Assembly: GCF_009914755.1 (NCBI RefSeq)
Contig: NC_060947.1
Origin: the human T2T-CHM13v2.0 reference genome, Homo sapiens
Length of the DNA: 64,000 bases
Reading direction: 5' to 3' (one strand)
Part shown: positions 24,986-47,325 of the stretch, piece after piece
Numbering within the stretch: position 1 is the first letter of the stretch
How the letters are laid out: each line of letters starts with the position of its first letter
Made by a program: the position numbers and the translations under genes
Notes under the pieces: model-generated
Told to the model about the DNA's origin: nothing
Databases searched by the model: none
What the model saw: the letters and a program-made list of their open reading frames with translations, nothing else

Positions 24986-25166
24986 CATTGTGAAAACTAA
25001 GGAATCTATGTCAGAGTGTCAGCTGGAAAAAGAAAAAAGGACTCATTTTCCTGGTATCAAAACTTGGCAGCTGGTGATTCTCCATCATGATAATGAACAG
25101 TTAATTGACAGAAAACCAAAGTTGTTTAACAATCTGCTTGTCTGTCTATAAATAATGAGTATGTGT

Positions 25167-25172
25167 AATAAA
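25167..25172 (+). terminator. Polyadenylation signal AATAAA of CXorf58
   Basis: First AATAAA I find after the stop codon, about 180 nt downstream. Confidence 0.7.
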
Positions 25173-26640
25173 GGAAAATAACATAGAATAAGTCCTGAGT
25201 ATGCTCTCTTAACTAAATGTGTGACATATTTTAAGCCTTTTTGAATTGCCATAGGAACAAATTCTTTTACTGACAGAATTTTAATCTAAACAAATTTTTT
25301 CTATTAGATGCCCTTGAACTAGCAGTATACAGTTTTGTTTAAGAGATTAGTCCCTGGGACTTTTATTCGATTTTGATTTTCCTTCATTTAAACAAATATC
25401 TGAACAGGCCATACTTAGCATAAATATTAGAATTCACAGAATGAAAGGCTCCTTTTGAGTCAGCTTCTAGTGTCTTTTTTAAAGTTGAAATTCATTTTTA
25501 CAGAACAGCTTGTGAATGACCTATTCTGAATGATAATAAAAGTAATAATGGATTTATTGCTACAGGAGGCATGACATGGCATAACTAATCACTATTGAGC
25601 ATTGGAAGCACCTGAGACAGAATGTTGCGTCTGCTTTAATCTATTTTGGATATTTTTCAAGTATGAAGTCTATTTGGAGTAATATTTATCAATTTCATTT
25701 TCAATTGATAAATTGTCATTCCTAATATGGTATAAATTATTGATTTCTTTTGTGATCCAGGCTGTTGGATTATATCAAACTTTACACAGAGGCTATGATA
25801 ATTAAACTGCAATAATTTATTGAACTTTAAAGATCCAATTTTTAATTTTACTTAACATTTAAAACGTGTAGGTTGATTGCTGATCTAATTCAGGCATGGC
25901 AACCTATAAAAGGATCTCATTCTCTGCTAAAATATTCTCTTACATGATGAAGAATATTGGAGTAAATGTGTATGATTCTCACTGGAATATATTTAACATA
26001 AATGTTCACTCTTTGATATTAATGCATTGTCATTTGATATTCAAAAATGGAATGATAAGCCCCTTGTTTTCAGAGCTTGTACTGGACACTGGTTGAATGG
26101 AAAAACAGCTATTTGTCCTCATGAGTCACACATGTTTTCATGCATTAATTTGGGATGTAGTCTCTCATCTGATCAAATGCATATCAGACTCTATCTATAG
26201 TGTGTGTAATAACAAAGGAAGATTTTAGGTAGCAAGATGGAGGGAAAAGACAAAGGAAGGACATACTCTTTATGTTTCAGGATTCCCATTTCTCATATTT
26301 CATTAGCTATAACTTTGTCTCATCGTAACACCTAGCTCCAAGAGAGGCTGGGAAATGTATTTTTGTTTGGGGCATTTATGTACCCAACTAAAATTCTGTT
26401 GTCATAAAAGAAATGGTAGTGGATATTAAGGCACAACTAGCTTCTGCTCCCAGAGATCATGTCTTCTATCAATTCTTTTAACTCACATTAAATAATATAA
26501 CCACATCACCGAAAATCCTTTTAAAAGTAAAATTACACATAATCCCATCACCATAATATAACAACTGTTTTCATTTGCTTATACCTTTCTAATCTGTCTA
26601 AATGCACACATATTTTTCACATAGTTGTAATAATAGCTAA

Positions 26641-26853
<213 letters not shown>

Positions 26854-27445
26854 TAGTAGAGACAGGGTTTCTCCATGTTGGTCAGGCTGGTCTCGAACTC
26901 CCGACCTCAGGTGATCACCCGCCTTGGCCTCCCAAAGTGCTTGGATTACAGGGGTGAGACACCATGCCCGGTCACTTTTCGCTTATATCTTAAACATGAT
27001 CCACTTAAAAATAATTTAATGGGTATACAATAGCCCATTGAATTGATAAAGCATAATTTATCTAGCCATACTCATATCATTGGATATTTCAGTTGTTTCT
27101 AATTTTTTACTACTATAGGTAATTAACATTAGAATGAACATTTTCATACATAGTCTTCTTTTGGTTATTTTTCTGTTATTTATTTTTAGCCTAATTGCAC
27201 TATAATCGGAGAGTATGATTTGTATGATACTGATTCTGGGAAACTTGTTGATACTTGCTTTATAGCCAAGTACATTGTCCATTTTCATAAATGTTTCTTG
27301 TACTCTTAAGAAAAAATGTGCATCCGGCTAGACGAGGTGGCTCAAGTGATCCTCCCACCTCAGCTTCCCAAAGTGCTGGAATTATAGGCATGAGCCACCA
27401 CTCCTGGTCCCTTTATTCCTAATAATGCATTTTGCTTGGAAGACT

Positions 27446-27477
<32 letters not shown>

Positions 27478-27624
27478 AGATGGAGTCTTGCTCTGTCACC
27501 CAGGCTGGAGAGCAGTGGCTCAATCTCAGCTCACTGCAACCTCCGCCTCCTGGGTTCGAGCGATTCTCCTTGCTAGCCTCCCGAGTAGCCGGGATCACAG
27601 GCATGCGCCACCATACCCAGCTAA

Positions 27625-27957
<333 letters not shown>

Positions 27958-29728
27958 TGAACTGACTTCTGGCTAGAGGAATGTGAGCAGAAGTGATGTA
28001 TACCACTTCTAGCCTTGGCCCCTAAAATAAACGTGGTCTTCTATTCTCCCTCTCCCCTCCCTCTCGTTCCTGTGGCTGGAGGCAAAGAACTCCATGGTGG
28101 TAGAAGCAGGATTGAAGGATTCCGGATTCCTGTCACTGAAGGAGAGACAGCCAGAGCAGCAGCCTGACTTGCTGAACTGTAATGTGAGTGAGAAATAAAC
28201 TTTGTGTGTTAAGTCCCAATAATCCTAGGAGTTATTTGCTACAACAGATAACATTAATCATTCTGATATAATGTCAAATACACTGTCTTTGTGTTTTAGG
28301 TTTTCTCTAGGATACTGCAAATATCTAGATTGTTTTTGTTTTAATTCAATCCCAGGACATCTTTAACTGGTGAGTTTAATTCATTTACACTTTATTGCAA
28401 TTTTAATTAATTGCTAACATATTTGGAATTATTTTTACCATTTTATTTTGTGCTATCTCTCCTGCATTTTCTTTGTCTTTCCCCTGCCATTCCTGTTTTC
28501 TTTCAGATTTCAATTCTACATTTTTCCCCCTACTATTTTGGAAGTTATACACTCTGGGTTTGTTGTTGTTGTTTTTGAGATGGAGTCTCTCTTTGTCACC
28601 CAGGCTGGAGTGTAGTGGCTCGATCTCAGCTCACTGCAACCTCCGCCTCCCAGGTTCGAGCAATTCTCCTTCCTAGCCTCCGGAGTAGCTGGGATCACAG
28701 GCATGTGCCACCATGCACAGCTAATTTTTAAAAATATTTTTAGTGGAGGCAGGGTTTCACCATGTTGGCCAGGCTGGTCTCGATCTCCTGGCCTCAAGCG
28801 ATCCTCCTGCCTCAACCTCCCAAAGTGCCAGGATTACAGGCATGAGCCATCGCGCCTGGCCGACTCTGTTTTTATTCTTACTGATTATGTGTAAATTATG
28901 GCACGCGTACTTAAAATCTAAAGTTAATCAATAGCTCCACTCTCCTCCCAAACTAAGAATGCTAATCACCATCCTTTTGTCTTACAGGTTATTGCTATAT
29001 CTAATATTTTAGCACTATCTTGTTTTTAACTTCCAACTTAGATATTATTATTGTTAATCTCAGACTTTCCTTCTGAGATCATTTTTCTTTATCCTGATGT
29101 ATATTCTTAAAAGCTCCTTTAAGGAGCATCTTTTGGTAATAATTACTCTTTCAGTTTTTGATTTTCTGAAAATGTCCTCATTTTGCCCCTATTCTTAAAT
29201 ATGTAATTTAGGTAGGTATCAAATTCTACATTGGCTATGGTTTTCTCTTAGCAACGCAAAGTCTTGTTCCACTGTCTTCTGGCTGCTGCCTCCAGTCTAA
29301 TTGTTATTCCTTTTAAATGATCTCTTTTTTTTCTCTGACAACTTTGAAGATGTTCTCTTTGTATTTTGTGTTTCTCAGTTATAGTGAAGAAGATTTACCC
29401 TCCCATGTGCTTTCTCTATTTCCATTGCTTTTTACCTTACTGTCCTTTGAGTGTCTGACTTTACGTAGAGGTCTCATTTTCAACCCCCTACCTTCCCTGA
29501 GCACAAGAGCTTGTCTTCTACACACCTGAGGTCATTAAAATCCAAAACTCGGCCGGGCGCAGTGGTGGCTCATGCCTGTAATCCCAGCACTTTGGGAGGC
29601 TGAGGCGGGTGGATCACCTGAGGTCAGGAGTTTGAGACCAGCCTAACCAACATGGTGAAACCCCGTCTCTACTAAAATACAAAAATTAGCCAGGCGTGGT
29701 GGCGAGCACCTGTAATCCCACCTACTCA

Positions 29729-29887
<159 letters not shown>

Positions 29888-30837
29888 TCAGTCATTTACC
29901 ATGCTAGTGTGTAGCTTTCTCTTTATTTTTCACTCCTGAGGATTTTTCCTTCTTACAAGCTCAGTTATGCCTTTTAAAAGATGTTTTTGCATTTTATCTA
30001 GAATTTCTATGGTTTTTACAATGGGTTAGTTTTTTTCAGGATATTTGGTCTACTGATTTCTCATAAGCCAGAGTCCATGTTGTCACTTCATTATGTTGAA
30101 TTATAGCCTTAGGCTAAAATCTTGAGAGTGGCACTACTTACATCAGAGACTTTAAACATTTTTATAGCTGTTTATATGCATTGTCATATTGCTTTTCAGC
30201 CGTTTGTTCTTTGAGTGGTATGATACTGATGTTTGTTTATACTTCATGGAGGCAGAGTGCTATGATAGAGTATGGGCTTTGAATCTGCCAAATTTGGTTC
30301 TCTTTCTCCCTATCGTCATCTCTCCCTCAACCCCTCCATTATTTACATATTTAGAGATTAGAGAAAATTTTTTCCTTAAACGTTTTGTTGTGGTTTGAAA
30401 TGTGAGAGAATTAAGAAAGAAGGTGCCATTTGAGAGGGAGAGAAGGAAGATACATGTAGGAGAACTTCTGGCTAAAAATGCTGGCTTGAGCATCGAAGTC
30501 TCTTTCCCCCTTCAAACCCCACTGCAATAACAGTAAGGAGATTTTTTTTTAGAGCCTAAACCTTGATGATAAAGAGAAATCAGAGAAAACAGTAGCAACA
30601 TTTTGTCAGTTAGAAAGCTTACAAATGAGTGCTGGTTGAATAGCAGATCTGAGAAAACTGAGTTTTAAACTGGTGTTGAAAAAAAGCTAAGAAACAAATC
30701 AGTTTACACTGGGGGAACCCCCTAGAAGACTCAGGAATTGGCAACAGCAGGTAACCTTTGGAAGTGAGGGGTGAAGTAGAAGGAGTTGGTTGAAAATCTG
30801 TTTAAGAAGCAGTTACAGCACCAAATCCCTTCCCCAC

Positions 30838-31330
30838 TGTTATGGGTTGAATTGTGACTACCCCGCCACCTCTCATCCCCCCAACCCTCTTCTGAAAAAA
30901 TATGTTGAAGTCCTAACCCCCAGTACTTTAGAATGTGACCTTATTTGGAGATAGGGTTGTTGCAGATGTAATTCATTAAGATGAGGTCATACTAGAATAC
31001 GCTGGGCCCCTAATCCAATATGACTGTTGTCCTTATAAGAAGACAGCCATGTAAAAACAAAGACCCACAGGGAGAACACCATGTAATGATGAAGAGACTG
31101 AAGTCATGCAGCTGCAAGCCAAGGGATGTCAAAGATTGCCAGCAAACCACCACAAACTACACAGAGGCAGGGAAAGAGTCTCCTTTGCAGGTTTCAGGGG
31201 GAGCATGGCCCTGCAGACACCTTGATCTTGGACTTCTAGCCTCCAGAACTGTGAGACAATGAATTTCTATTGTGTTAAGTCATCCACTTTGGAGTATTTT
31301 GTTACTGCAAATACCTAGGAGACTAATATA
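30838..31330 (+). mobile_element. MaLR solo LTR (MLT1B/C-like)
   Basis: tgttatgggttgaattgtg...gaatgtgaccttatttggagataggg...cttctagcctccagaactgtgaga; flanks cccac/accac. Confidence 0.85.
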
Positions 31331-31339
31331 ACCACCTTG

Positions 31340-34680
<3,341 letters not shown>

Positions 34681-34719
34681 ACACAAGAAAGTCGGGGAAT
34701 TGTTAGGATGAATACAAGA

Positions 34720-35700
<981 letters not shown>

Positions 35701-36154
35701 AACATATATATGTATATATTTCTTGTTGTGTATTAAACTTTTAAAAGTATAACACATCTATAGAAAATCATATAAAATGATTTTACAGTTGAATGCATTA
35801 TTGTAAGGCAAGACACCTTAGTAACTACCATCCACGTCAGAAGAAAGAGTCATACCTGACCACCCCAGAAACCCTCTACCTGGCCCTGCACCTCGTCTCT
35901 TAAGAGTAACTATTCTCCTGGCTTTTATGGTAATCACCTCATTCTTTTATAGTTTCCTCACCTAAGCATGCACCCATACACAATGTAGTTTAATTTTGCC
36001 TCTTTTTTTATATGGTTTTTATTTCTTTTTAATCTGTAGGTTCCCTATCCACCTCTTTTTTTCTCCCCCATTACAATTTGTTAATTAAACTGGATCATTC
36101 ATTCTGTAACATTTCCCATGATCTAGACTTTGCTGATTGAATTCCTTGGTGTAG

Positions 36155-36525
<371 letters not shown>

Positions 36526-36839
36526 TAAGAGACTAATTCTTTATTATTAAAAACAGTGACAACAACAAAAATACCAATTCAGTAAATATATGTTGAATAT
36601 CTACTACATGCCTGAATAGGATAAAAATATGAAGTAATTATTAAGGACATTTATCATTTTAGGCAACTTGACAGGATCTTCTCGGGGGACAAATTGTTAC
36701 GGTTTACTCTATGCCATTAGCTTGGTCATCAACTCAGGAGATAGCTCAAAAAATGTGTGGGTGAAATACATATTAACTGACAAAGAGACTCCTCATAATA
36801 GCACAGAAATAGTGTAGCAGTGCCTTTCTGAAGAAATTA

Positions 36840-36978
36840 TTAACTGCATAACCACTTGTATACAAAAGGTTGTCTATTTTTCAAGGCTGGTTTTAACAAT
36901 GGTGCATTGACCAAGCACCACTGACAATGATTACAAATTTTGTAGGAACAATTTGCAGGAATTCAGCAATCAAGGATT
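36840..36978 (-). pseudogene. Relic terminal exon: ILDC*IPANCSYKICNHCQWCLVNAPLLKPALKNRQPFVYKWLCS*
   Basis: Pyrimidine tract ttcctcttcttttt followed by AA where AG is expected; phase 2 entry matches the previous exon; one internal TGA, then TAA TAA. Confidence 0.65.
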
Positions 36979-37174
36979 TTTAAAAAGAAGAGGAATAAAT
37001 TTTACTACATATTTCTAAATTATCAGAACCTTAAGTTTAAAAAGGACACCGAAGGCTGGGTGCAGTGTCTCAAGCCTGTAATCCCAACACTTTGGGAGGC
37101 CGAGGCGGACGGATCACCTGAGGTCAGCGGATCGAGACCAGCCTCGCGAACATGGTGAAACCTTGTCTCTACTA

Positions 37175-37348
<174 letters not shown>

Positions 37349-37679
37349 TCAAAAAAAATAAAAATAAAATAAAATGAAAAGGACACAGAATAATAAGATT
37401 CTATAACCTGATACTCTCTATCACTTTTTCCTATGGTGGACCAATAACACAGTCTCCCTAACCAATGCTAATTATTTGTAGAATAATATTGACAACTTGA
37501 AGAAATGTTGATTTGCTTGAAAGCAAACATCAAGGCTTCCTTTTCATAAACAGTATTTGGCTAAAGTATTTTAAGTGTGGCTTAAGTTACAATTGTTTTG
37601 TAGCTTATTTTCATAATGTACTGGTGAATGTATATACTGTTTATACAATTAATGAAGTTTTAGAAACATGAAAACTTAC

Positions 37680-37791
37680 TTCACCTCTATTAAATCTTTG
37701 TTTGTAAGTAAGGTGAGTTGCTCAGATTTCTGGACCAGGAAGATGTGAAAGAGTGAAGATCGTCCAAAGTCCAAAAATTTTCAACCCTGAT
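37680..37791 (-). pseudogene. Relic exon: (D)QG*KFLDFGRSSLFHIFLVQKSEQLTLLTNKDLIEV(K)
   Basis: Acceptor tttatAG, consensus donor GAA|gtaagt; 112 nt, phase 1 to 2, single TGA. Confidence 0.75.
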
Positions 37792-37976
37792 CTATAAATT
37801 TACAGTATTATATTGGCTATGATTCATAGAAATCACATTAAGTTTAAAATATTCATGCATATTATTTTTTAAAGTTCTCCAAGAGTAAGTCATTTCCTTC
37901 TATATTTTTGGAAAAGTGAATATTCATTTCTCCCTGGTAATATTAAATTATGACAATCTTTAGCATTCAAATTAAC

Positions 37977-38031
37977 CTGTCAAATTATATTCTTCAAAAT
38001 TCTCCAACATTTGCAGAGCTATGAGAAACTT
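37977..38031 (-). pseudogene. Relic exon: KFLIALQMLENFEEYNLT(D)
   Basis: Strong acceptor tttttcccttttAG, donor CAG|gttaat; 55 nt, phase 0 to 1, no stop. Confidence 0.75.
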
Positions 38032-38141
38032 CTAAAAGGGAAAAATATCAAGATATGGTGGTTATGGACCAGAGTGAAAAAAATAAATACCAAAAATTAT
38101 ACAGTTCCATCATAGGCTATTAAGAAAGAATCAAATACAAC

Positions 38142-38408
38142 CTAAGCATATTTTGGATCAATAATTATTACAGATTTCTATGAATAAAACACCTCCAGTG
38201 TTAAAAGACGTTGGATTAGCATTTCCGGAAATCTATGACTAATGCCATTATACTATCTGTCCCAGGGATTTTATTATTACATCATCTCTTGAGAAACTTT
38301 AAATATTAATCCATAGGTTATTCTCAGCATGCAACCCATTACCTTTTTTTCTCATTGAGGGTACCTTCTCATTTAGCACAAATAAATTAATGTAATTCTT
38401 TTAACATG
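38142..38408 (-). pseudogene. Relic exon, heavily damaged (...KIPGTDSIMALVIDF / GNANPTSFNTGGVLFI / KSVIIIDPKYA*)
   Basis: Acceptor tatttattttAG, donor TAG|gttgta; a net 2-nt frameshift is needed to join its neighbours, and the positions of the shifts are my reading. Confidence 0.55.
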
Positions 38409-38490
38409 CTAAAATAAATAGAATAAAATGACGATATTTAAGTTTGCATGAATTTAAAGTGGATAGAAATACTCTATGCAAAGACTGTAC

Positions 38491-38624
38491 CTTGCCACTC
38501 TCCTTTTGTCTTCACAGATTATTTCTGAAGGCACAACCTCAAAGGAATATTTTTGAGAAACACACCCCCAGAAATATTCTATAATTTAAGTAATCTTGAA
38601 ATAAATCACAACATTCACATTTTC
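38491..38624 (-). pseudogene. Relic exon: ENVNVVIYFKIT*IIEYFWGCVSQKYSFEVVPSEIICEDKRRVA(S)
   Basis: Tandem acceptor ttttagcAG, donor AAG|gtacag; 134 nt, phase 0 to 2, one TAA; 82-nt intron to the next exon. Confidence 0.65.
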
Positions 38625-38696
38625 CTGCTAAAATCATAGAAATCCTCCTTCGGAAGATAATTTCTCTCATGTGTTAAGGTAATTCTCCTACCCTGC

Positions 38697-39215
38697 TGTG
38701 ACACATACTGTGTGTAAGTGGGCTGCCTTTATCCTCTCACCTTTACCACTTCCGAGCACACAGCTTGACTTCTAACTTACCAGCTCATGGACTTCTTTGT
38801 TTAGGGCATTCTCCTGTTGCTGGAGCCCACTGCCACTGGTGCTTATGCAAGCAGGCCGGAAGTGCCAGGGAATGAATGCCCCTCTGGTTGCTCTCACTCA
38901 ATGCCTGAGAGAAGTTGATGTATAAATATCTCAGCTCTTTCTGCCCTGGGTGGAATAACCGAGGTGTATGTGTGTGTTTTGTACTGGTTCTCAGAATGTC
39001 CCCAGCACCAGTAAGTTCCAGGAACCCACAGCGGTAACTGACTAAGTAATACATCCTTTATTGGCTGCCTTGCCTTTCTTACTTCCCCGGTAACTTCCCC
39101 ATTCTACTGTGGCGGTTTCTTTTTGGTTTGTTTTGGTTTTGCACCTTCTAAATAATTATTGTACTTAGAGTGGAATGCTTGCCTCAGGATAGGCTTCTGG
39201 GGAAAACCAGAAGAC
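38697..39215 (+). mobile_element. ERVL solo LTR (LTR16-like)
   Basis: tgtg start, cccacagcggtaact, ctcaggataggcttctggggaaaacc..aagac end; TSD CCTGC (38692-38696) / CCTGT (39216-39220). Confidence 0.75.
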
Positions 39216-39220
39216 CCTGT

Positions 39221-39430
39221 TTCTGGTTCATTCTTTCCTCAACATTTGAATTCATTTGTCGTTTCTTGTTTTTATAGTGCAGTGAAGACAGAGAATGTCA
39301 ACTTTGTTAGGAAATGGCTTTTCAGCTATTTCTGAACAGACTGCCTTCTTTGTACACTGTGTTAAGAATAGTCATTTTATTCCTTTTTTAATCCTCCAAC
39401 GTATAGAAATCTACCATTGATTTTGGCTAC
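39221..39430 (-). pseudogene. Relic exon starting VAKINGRFLYVGGLKKE*; 3' end uncertain, abuts an LTR16-like insertion
   Basis: Strong acceptor ccccattttttctctccAG; phase 0 matches the upstream exon; several stops downstream. Confidence 0.55.
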
Positions 39431-40470
39431 CTGGAGAGAAAAAATGGGGTCTCTGTTGTCTTTATAGTCAAATCAAGGTTCCAGTCAGTACTGGGTGATT
39501 TCGAGGGTGTCTTTCAGTTTTAAAATTCTATGAGTTTTAGCACCAATTTTACAGAAACTATTCCAGAAAATTGAAGAGGAGGGAATATTTCCCAACTTGT
39601 ATTATGAGAAGGTTAAGAATGGTGAAGACTGAATGTCTATAGTATAATTAACAGTAATTTACCAATATCAGTTTCCTGGTTTTGATATACTATGGCTATA
39701 TAAGATCTCACCACTGGGGGAAACTGCGGGAAGGGCACATGGGGCACTTTGGACTATTTTTGCAACTTCGTATAAGTCTATAGTTATTTCAAAGTAAAAT
39801 TTTTTTTTTTCGGAGACGGAGTCTCGCCCAGGCTGGAGCGCAGTGGCACGATCTCGGCTCACTGCAACCTCCACCTCCCAGGTTCAAGCACTTCTGCCTC
39901 AGCCTCCTGAGTAGCTGGGATGTGCCGCCACGCCCGGCTAATTTTTTGTATTTTAGTAGAGATGGGGTTTCACGGTGTTGCCCAGGCTGGTCTCAAACTC
40001 CTGAGCTCAGGCAATCCGCCTGCCTCAGCCTCCCAAAGTACTAGGATTACAGGCATGAGCCACCGCACCGGGCCTCAAAGTAAATTTTTTTTAAAATTCT
40101 GAGTTTATGTGATCATAACAGGAGAGGGAAAAGGCACGATAGGTATTGGTTTTAGATTCTTGGCTGCTGTCACTTTACAGGTGATAAAAGTATATAGACT
40201 GATAAGAGGTGCCCAAGGGCGATAAAACTATTAAGGCCTGCCTGGGGCTAGAATAGTTACTTCTAGTCTACTGGTTTTTTTCACCACATCACAGTGCCTC
40301 ATTATCATTCCTGCAAAGGAATGGGAGTGGGATGGGGAGGAAAAGAGGCCTGGCCCACGTACTTTGCTATCCTTTTTGATCTCGCCTCACTTGGCACACT
40401 AATAAGACTGAAGCAGGTATACTTACAGGACAAACTGTATTCTTGCCCAGTGAGCCTTTCCCCAACTCAC

Positions 40471-40550
40471 TAACGTGGGCAAAGCTCTCTAATTAGAGAA
40501 AAATATATTTAACTCAAAATTAGAAATGGTGTTCTTTAAAATATAATGTC
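40471..40550 (-). pseudogene. Relic exon: (G)HYILKNTISNFELNIFFSN*RALPTL
   Basis: Acceptor cttactgtcctAG, consensus donor TTA|gtgagt; 80 nt, phase 1 to 0, one TAG. Confidence 0.6.
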
Positions 40551-40896
40551 CTAGGACAGTAAGCACGTTAGTGTGAGTTAAAATGTGAATTACACATCAT
40601 TATAAAACAGTATTCTTGAAGCTTAAAGGAGAATATTTTGTTCTTCCTATTGGGGTGGAAATACTCTCACAGGGCACAACCTTTTCTGCCTTTTCTACTG
40701 TTCTTTGTGTTTCTACCTGCTTTTCTGTCTGTATTTTGCCACTATTGGGGGTACATAAAGGTTCATCAACTATGTATTATATAATTATAAAATATCCATC
40801 TTTGTCTTATCAAATGTTTGCTGCCATGAATTCTGCTTTGCCTATTATTAAAATTTGCACAACTCTTTCTTTTTCATCAGAATTTGTTTGGTATAG

Positions 40897-41241
<345 letters not shown>

Positions 41242-41853
41242 TGATAAACAGCATATAGCTGTGTTTTTATTTCCTCAATATGAAAGTCTTTTGTCTTTTA
41301 AAGAAGAAATTTAACCTATTATGTTTACTGTGACAACTTACTTTTGGTCTTATTTATATTATTTTGTGCTTGCTGCTTCCTGTGTGTTCTTTTTTTTTTG
41401 CGGGTGATGGGCGGGGGTTGTTTTTTGAGACAGGGTCTTGTTCTGTTGCCCAGGCTGGAGTGCAGTGGCGCAATCACAGCTCACTGAAGCCCTGATCTCC
41501 CAGGCTCCAGTGATCCTCCCACCTCAGCCTCCAAAGTAACACCACCATGCCCAGCTAATTTTTTTGATATTTTGTAAAGCCAAGGTCTTGCTATGTTGCC
41601 CAGGCTGGTCTTGAACTCCTGAGCTCAAGCTATCCTTCTGCCTCGGCCTCCCAAAGTGCTGGGATTACAGGCATGAGCCATTGCACCTGGCCCCTATGTG
41701 TTCTTGGTGTTTCACTTTTTTCCTTTTCTGACTTTTGCTAGGATTATTCAGTTTTCATTGATCTCTATTTTTCCTCTAGGATTTGTAAGACTTGTATATT
41801 ATTTGTATTCTGCTGTTATTTTCCTTAATTTCTAATTTTAATTCCATATTTGA

Positions 41854-42171
<318 letters not shown>

Positions 42172-42534
42172 TAGTAGAGACGGGGTTTCACCATGTTAGC
42201 AAGGATGGTCTCGGTCTCCTGACCTCGTGATACGCCCGCCTCGGCCTCCCAAAGTCCTAGGATTCCAGGCTTGAGCCACCGTGCCCAGCGAGTTTTAATT
42301 TTTATATCTTACTTTTTTTCCAAAATTGCTTTTTATCACAATCATATTAAACGGTATGTATATTTATTGCTTTTGTTGGATTCATTGCTTACCAATGTTT
42401 CTCATATCTAGAGCTTCATTCTGATTATTTCTTATGGCATTATGTTATTGCTTCCAATTATCTTTTTAGAAAGGGACATGACTCCTGAAATGTCTGAAAA
42501 TGTTTGCCTTTACACATGAAAAATAGCTGGATCA

Positions 42535-42816
<282 letters not shown>

Positions 42817-42817
42817 T

Positions 42818-42853
<36 letters not shown>

Positions 42854-43629
42854 CAGGCGCAGTGGCTCACGCCTGAAATCCCAGCACTTTGGGAGGCCGA
42901 GGTGGGCAGATCACGAGTTCAGGAGATCAAGACCATCCTGGCTAACACAGTGAAACCCTGTCTCTACTAAAACTGCAAAAAATTAGGCGGGCATGGGTGG
43001 CACGCGCCTGTAGTCCCAGCTACTCGGGAGGGTGAGGCAGAAGAATTGCTTGAACACAGGGGCGGAGGTTGCAGTGAGCCAAGATCACACCACTGCACTC
43101 CAGCCTGGGCAACAGAGCAAGACTCCGTCTTAAAAAAAAAAAAAAGCTGGATCAGGGGCTAAACTACAGTCACATTTCTTTTCTGACAGAACTCCATTTT
43201 TTCTACCATTTGGCTCCAGACTTGAAGTTCCACACTAGCGAAATTAATAATATTTAATAGTATTTTGGTCAGACTGAGATAAGAGATCAACAATGATAAT
43301 GAACAAAGCAGTATGGTAGTTATTTTAAATGTAATGTTTTCTTATCTTTCATTTATTTCCTTCCTGCCTTTACTAAAACACTCCACATTTCAGCCAAATG
43401 TTGAAGTGTATTGATTGAAGAAGCTGAATTATGCAAGTAAAAATAATAATAATTTTCAAAAAGGAAAAAATAATTTAATCCTTTAATCCCTGTTTTTCTG
43501 TTTCTGATAATTGATAAATGGTGAGTGCCTAGTCAAGTGCGACTATGGATATCATCTTCCCTTGGAAAATTGGGCCAGGGAAAAATATTCTCAATGCAAT
43601 GTGAAAATTATAAAATAATTTTTCAAAGT

Positions 43630-46621
<2,992 letters not shown>

Positions 46622-46657
46622 TGATCACTATTCTTTCATCCCAGAGGTTCCAGCTAG

Positions 46658-47325
<668 letters not shown>

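Noticed and set aside
36663-36817. Plus-strand acceptor followed by about 50 open codons
   Set aside because: No partner exons or good donor, and it overlaps an L2-like tail; likely chance.
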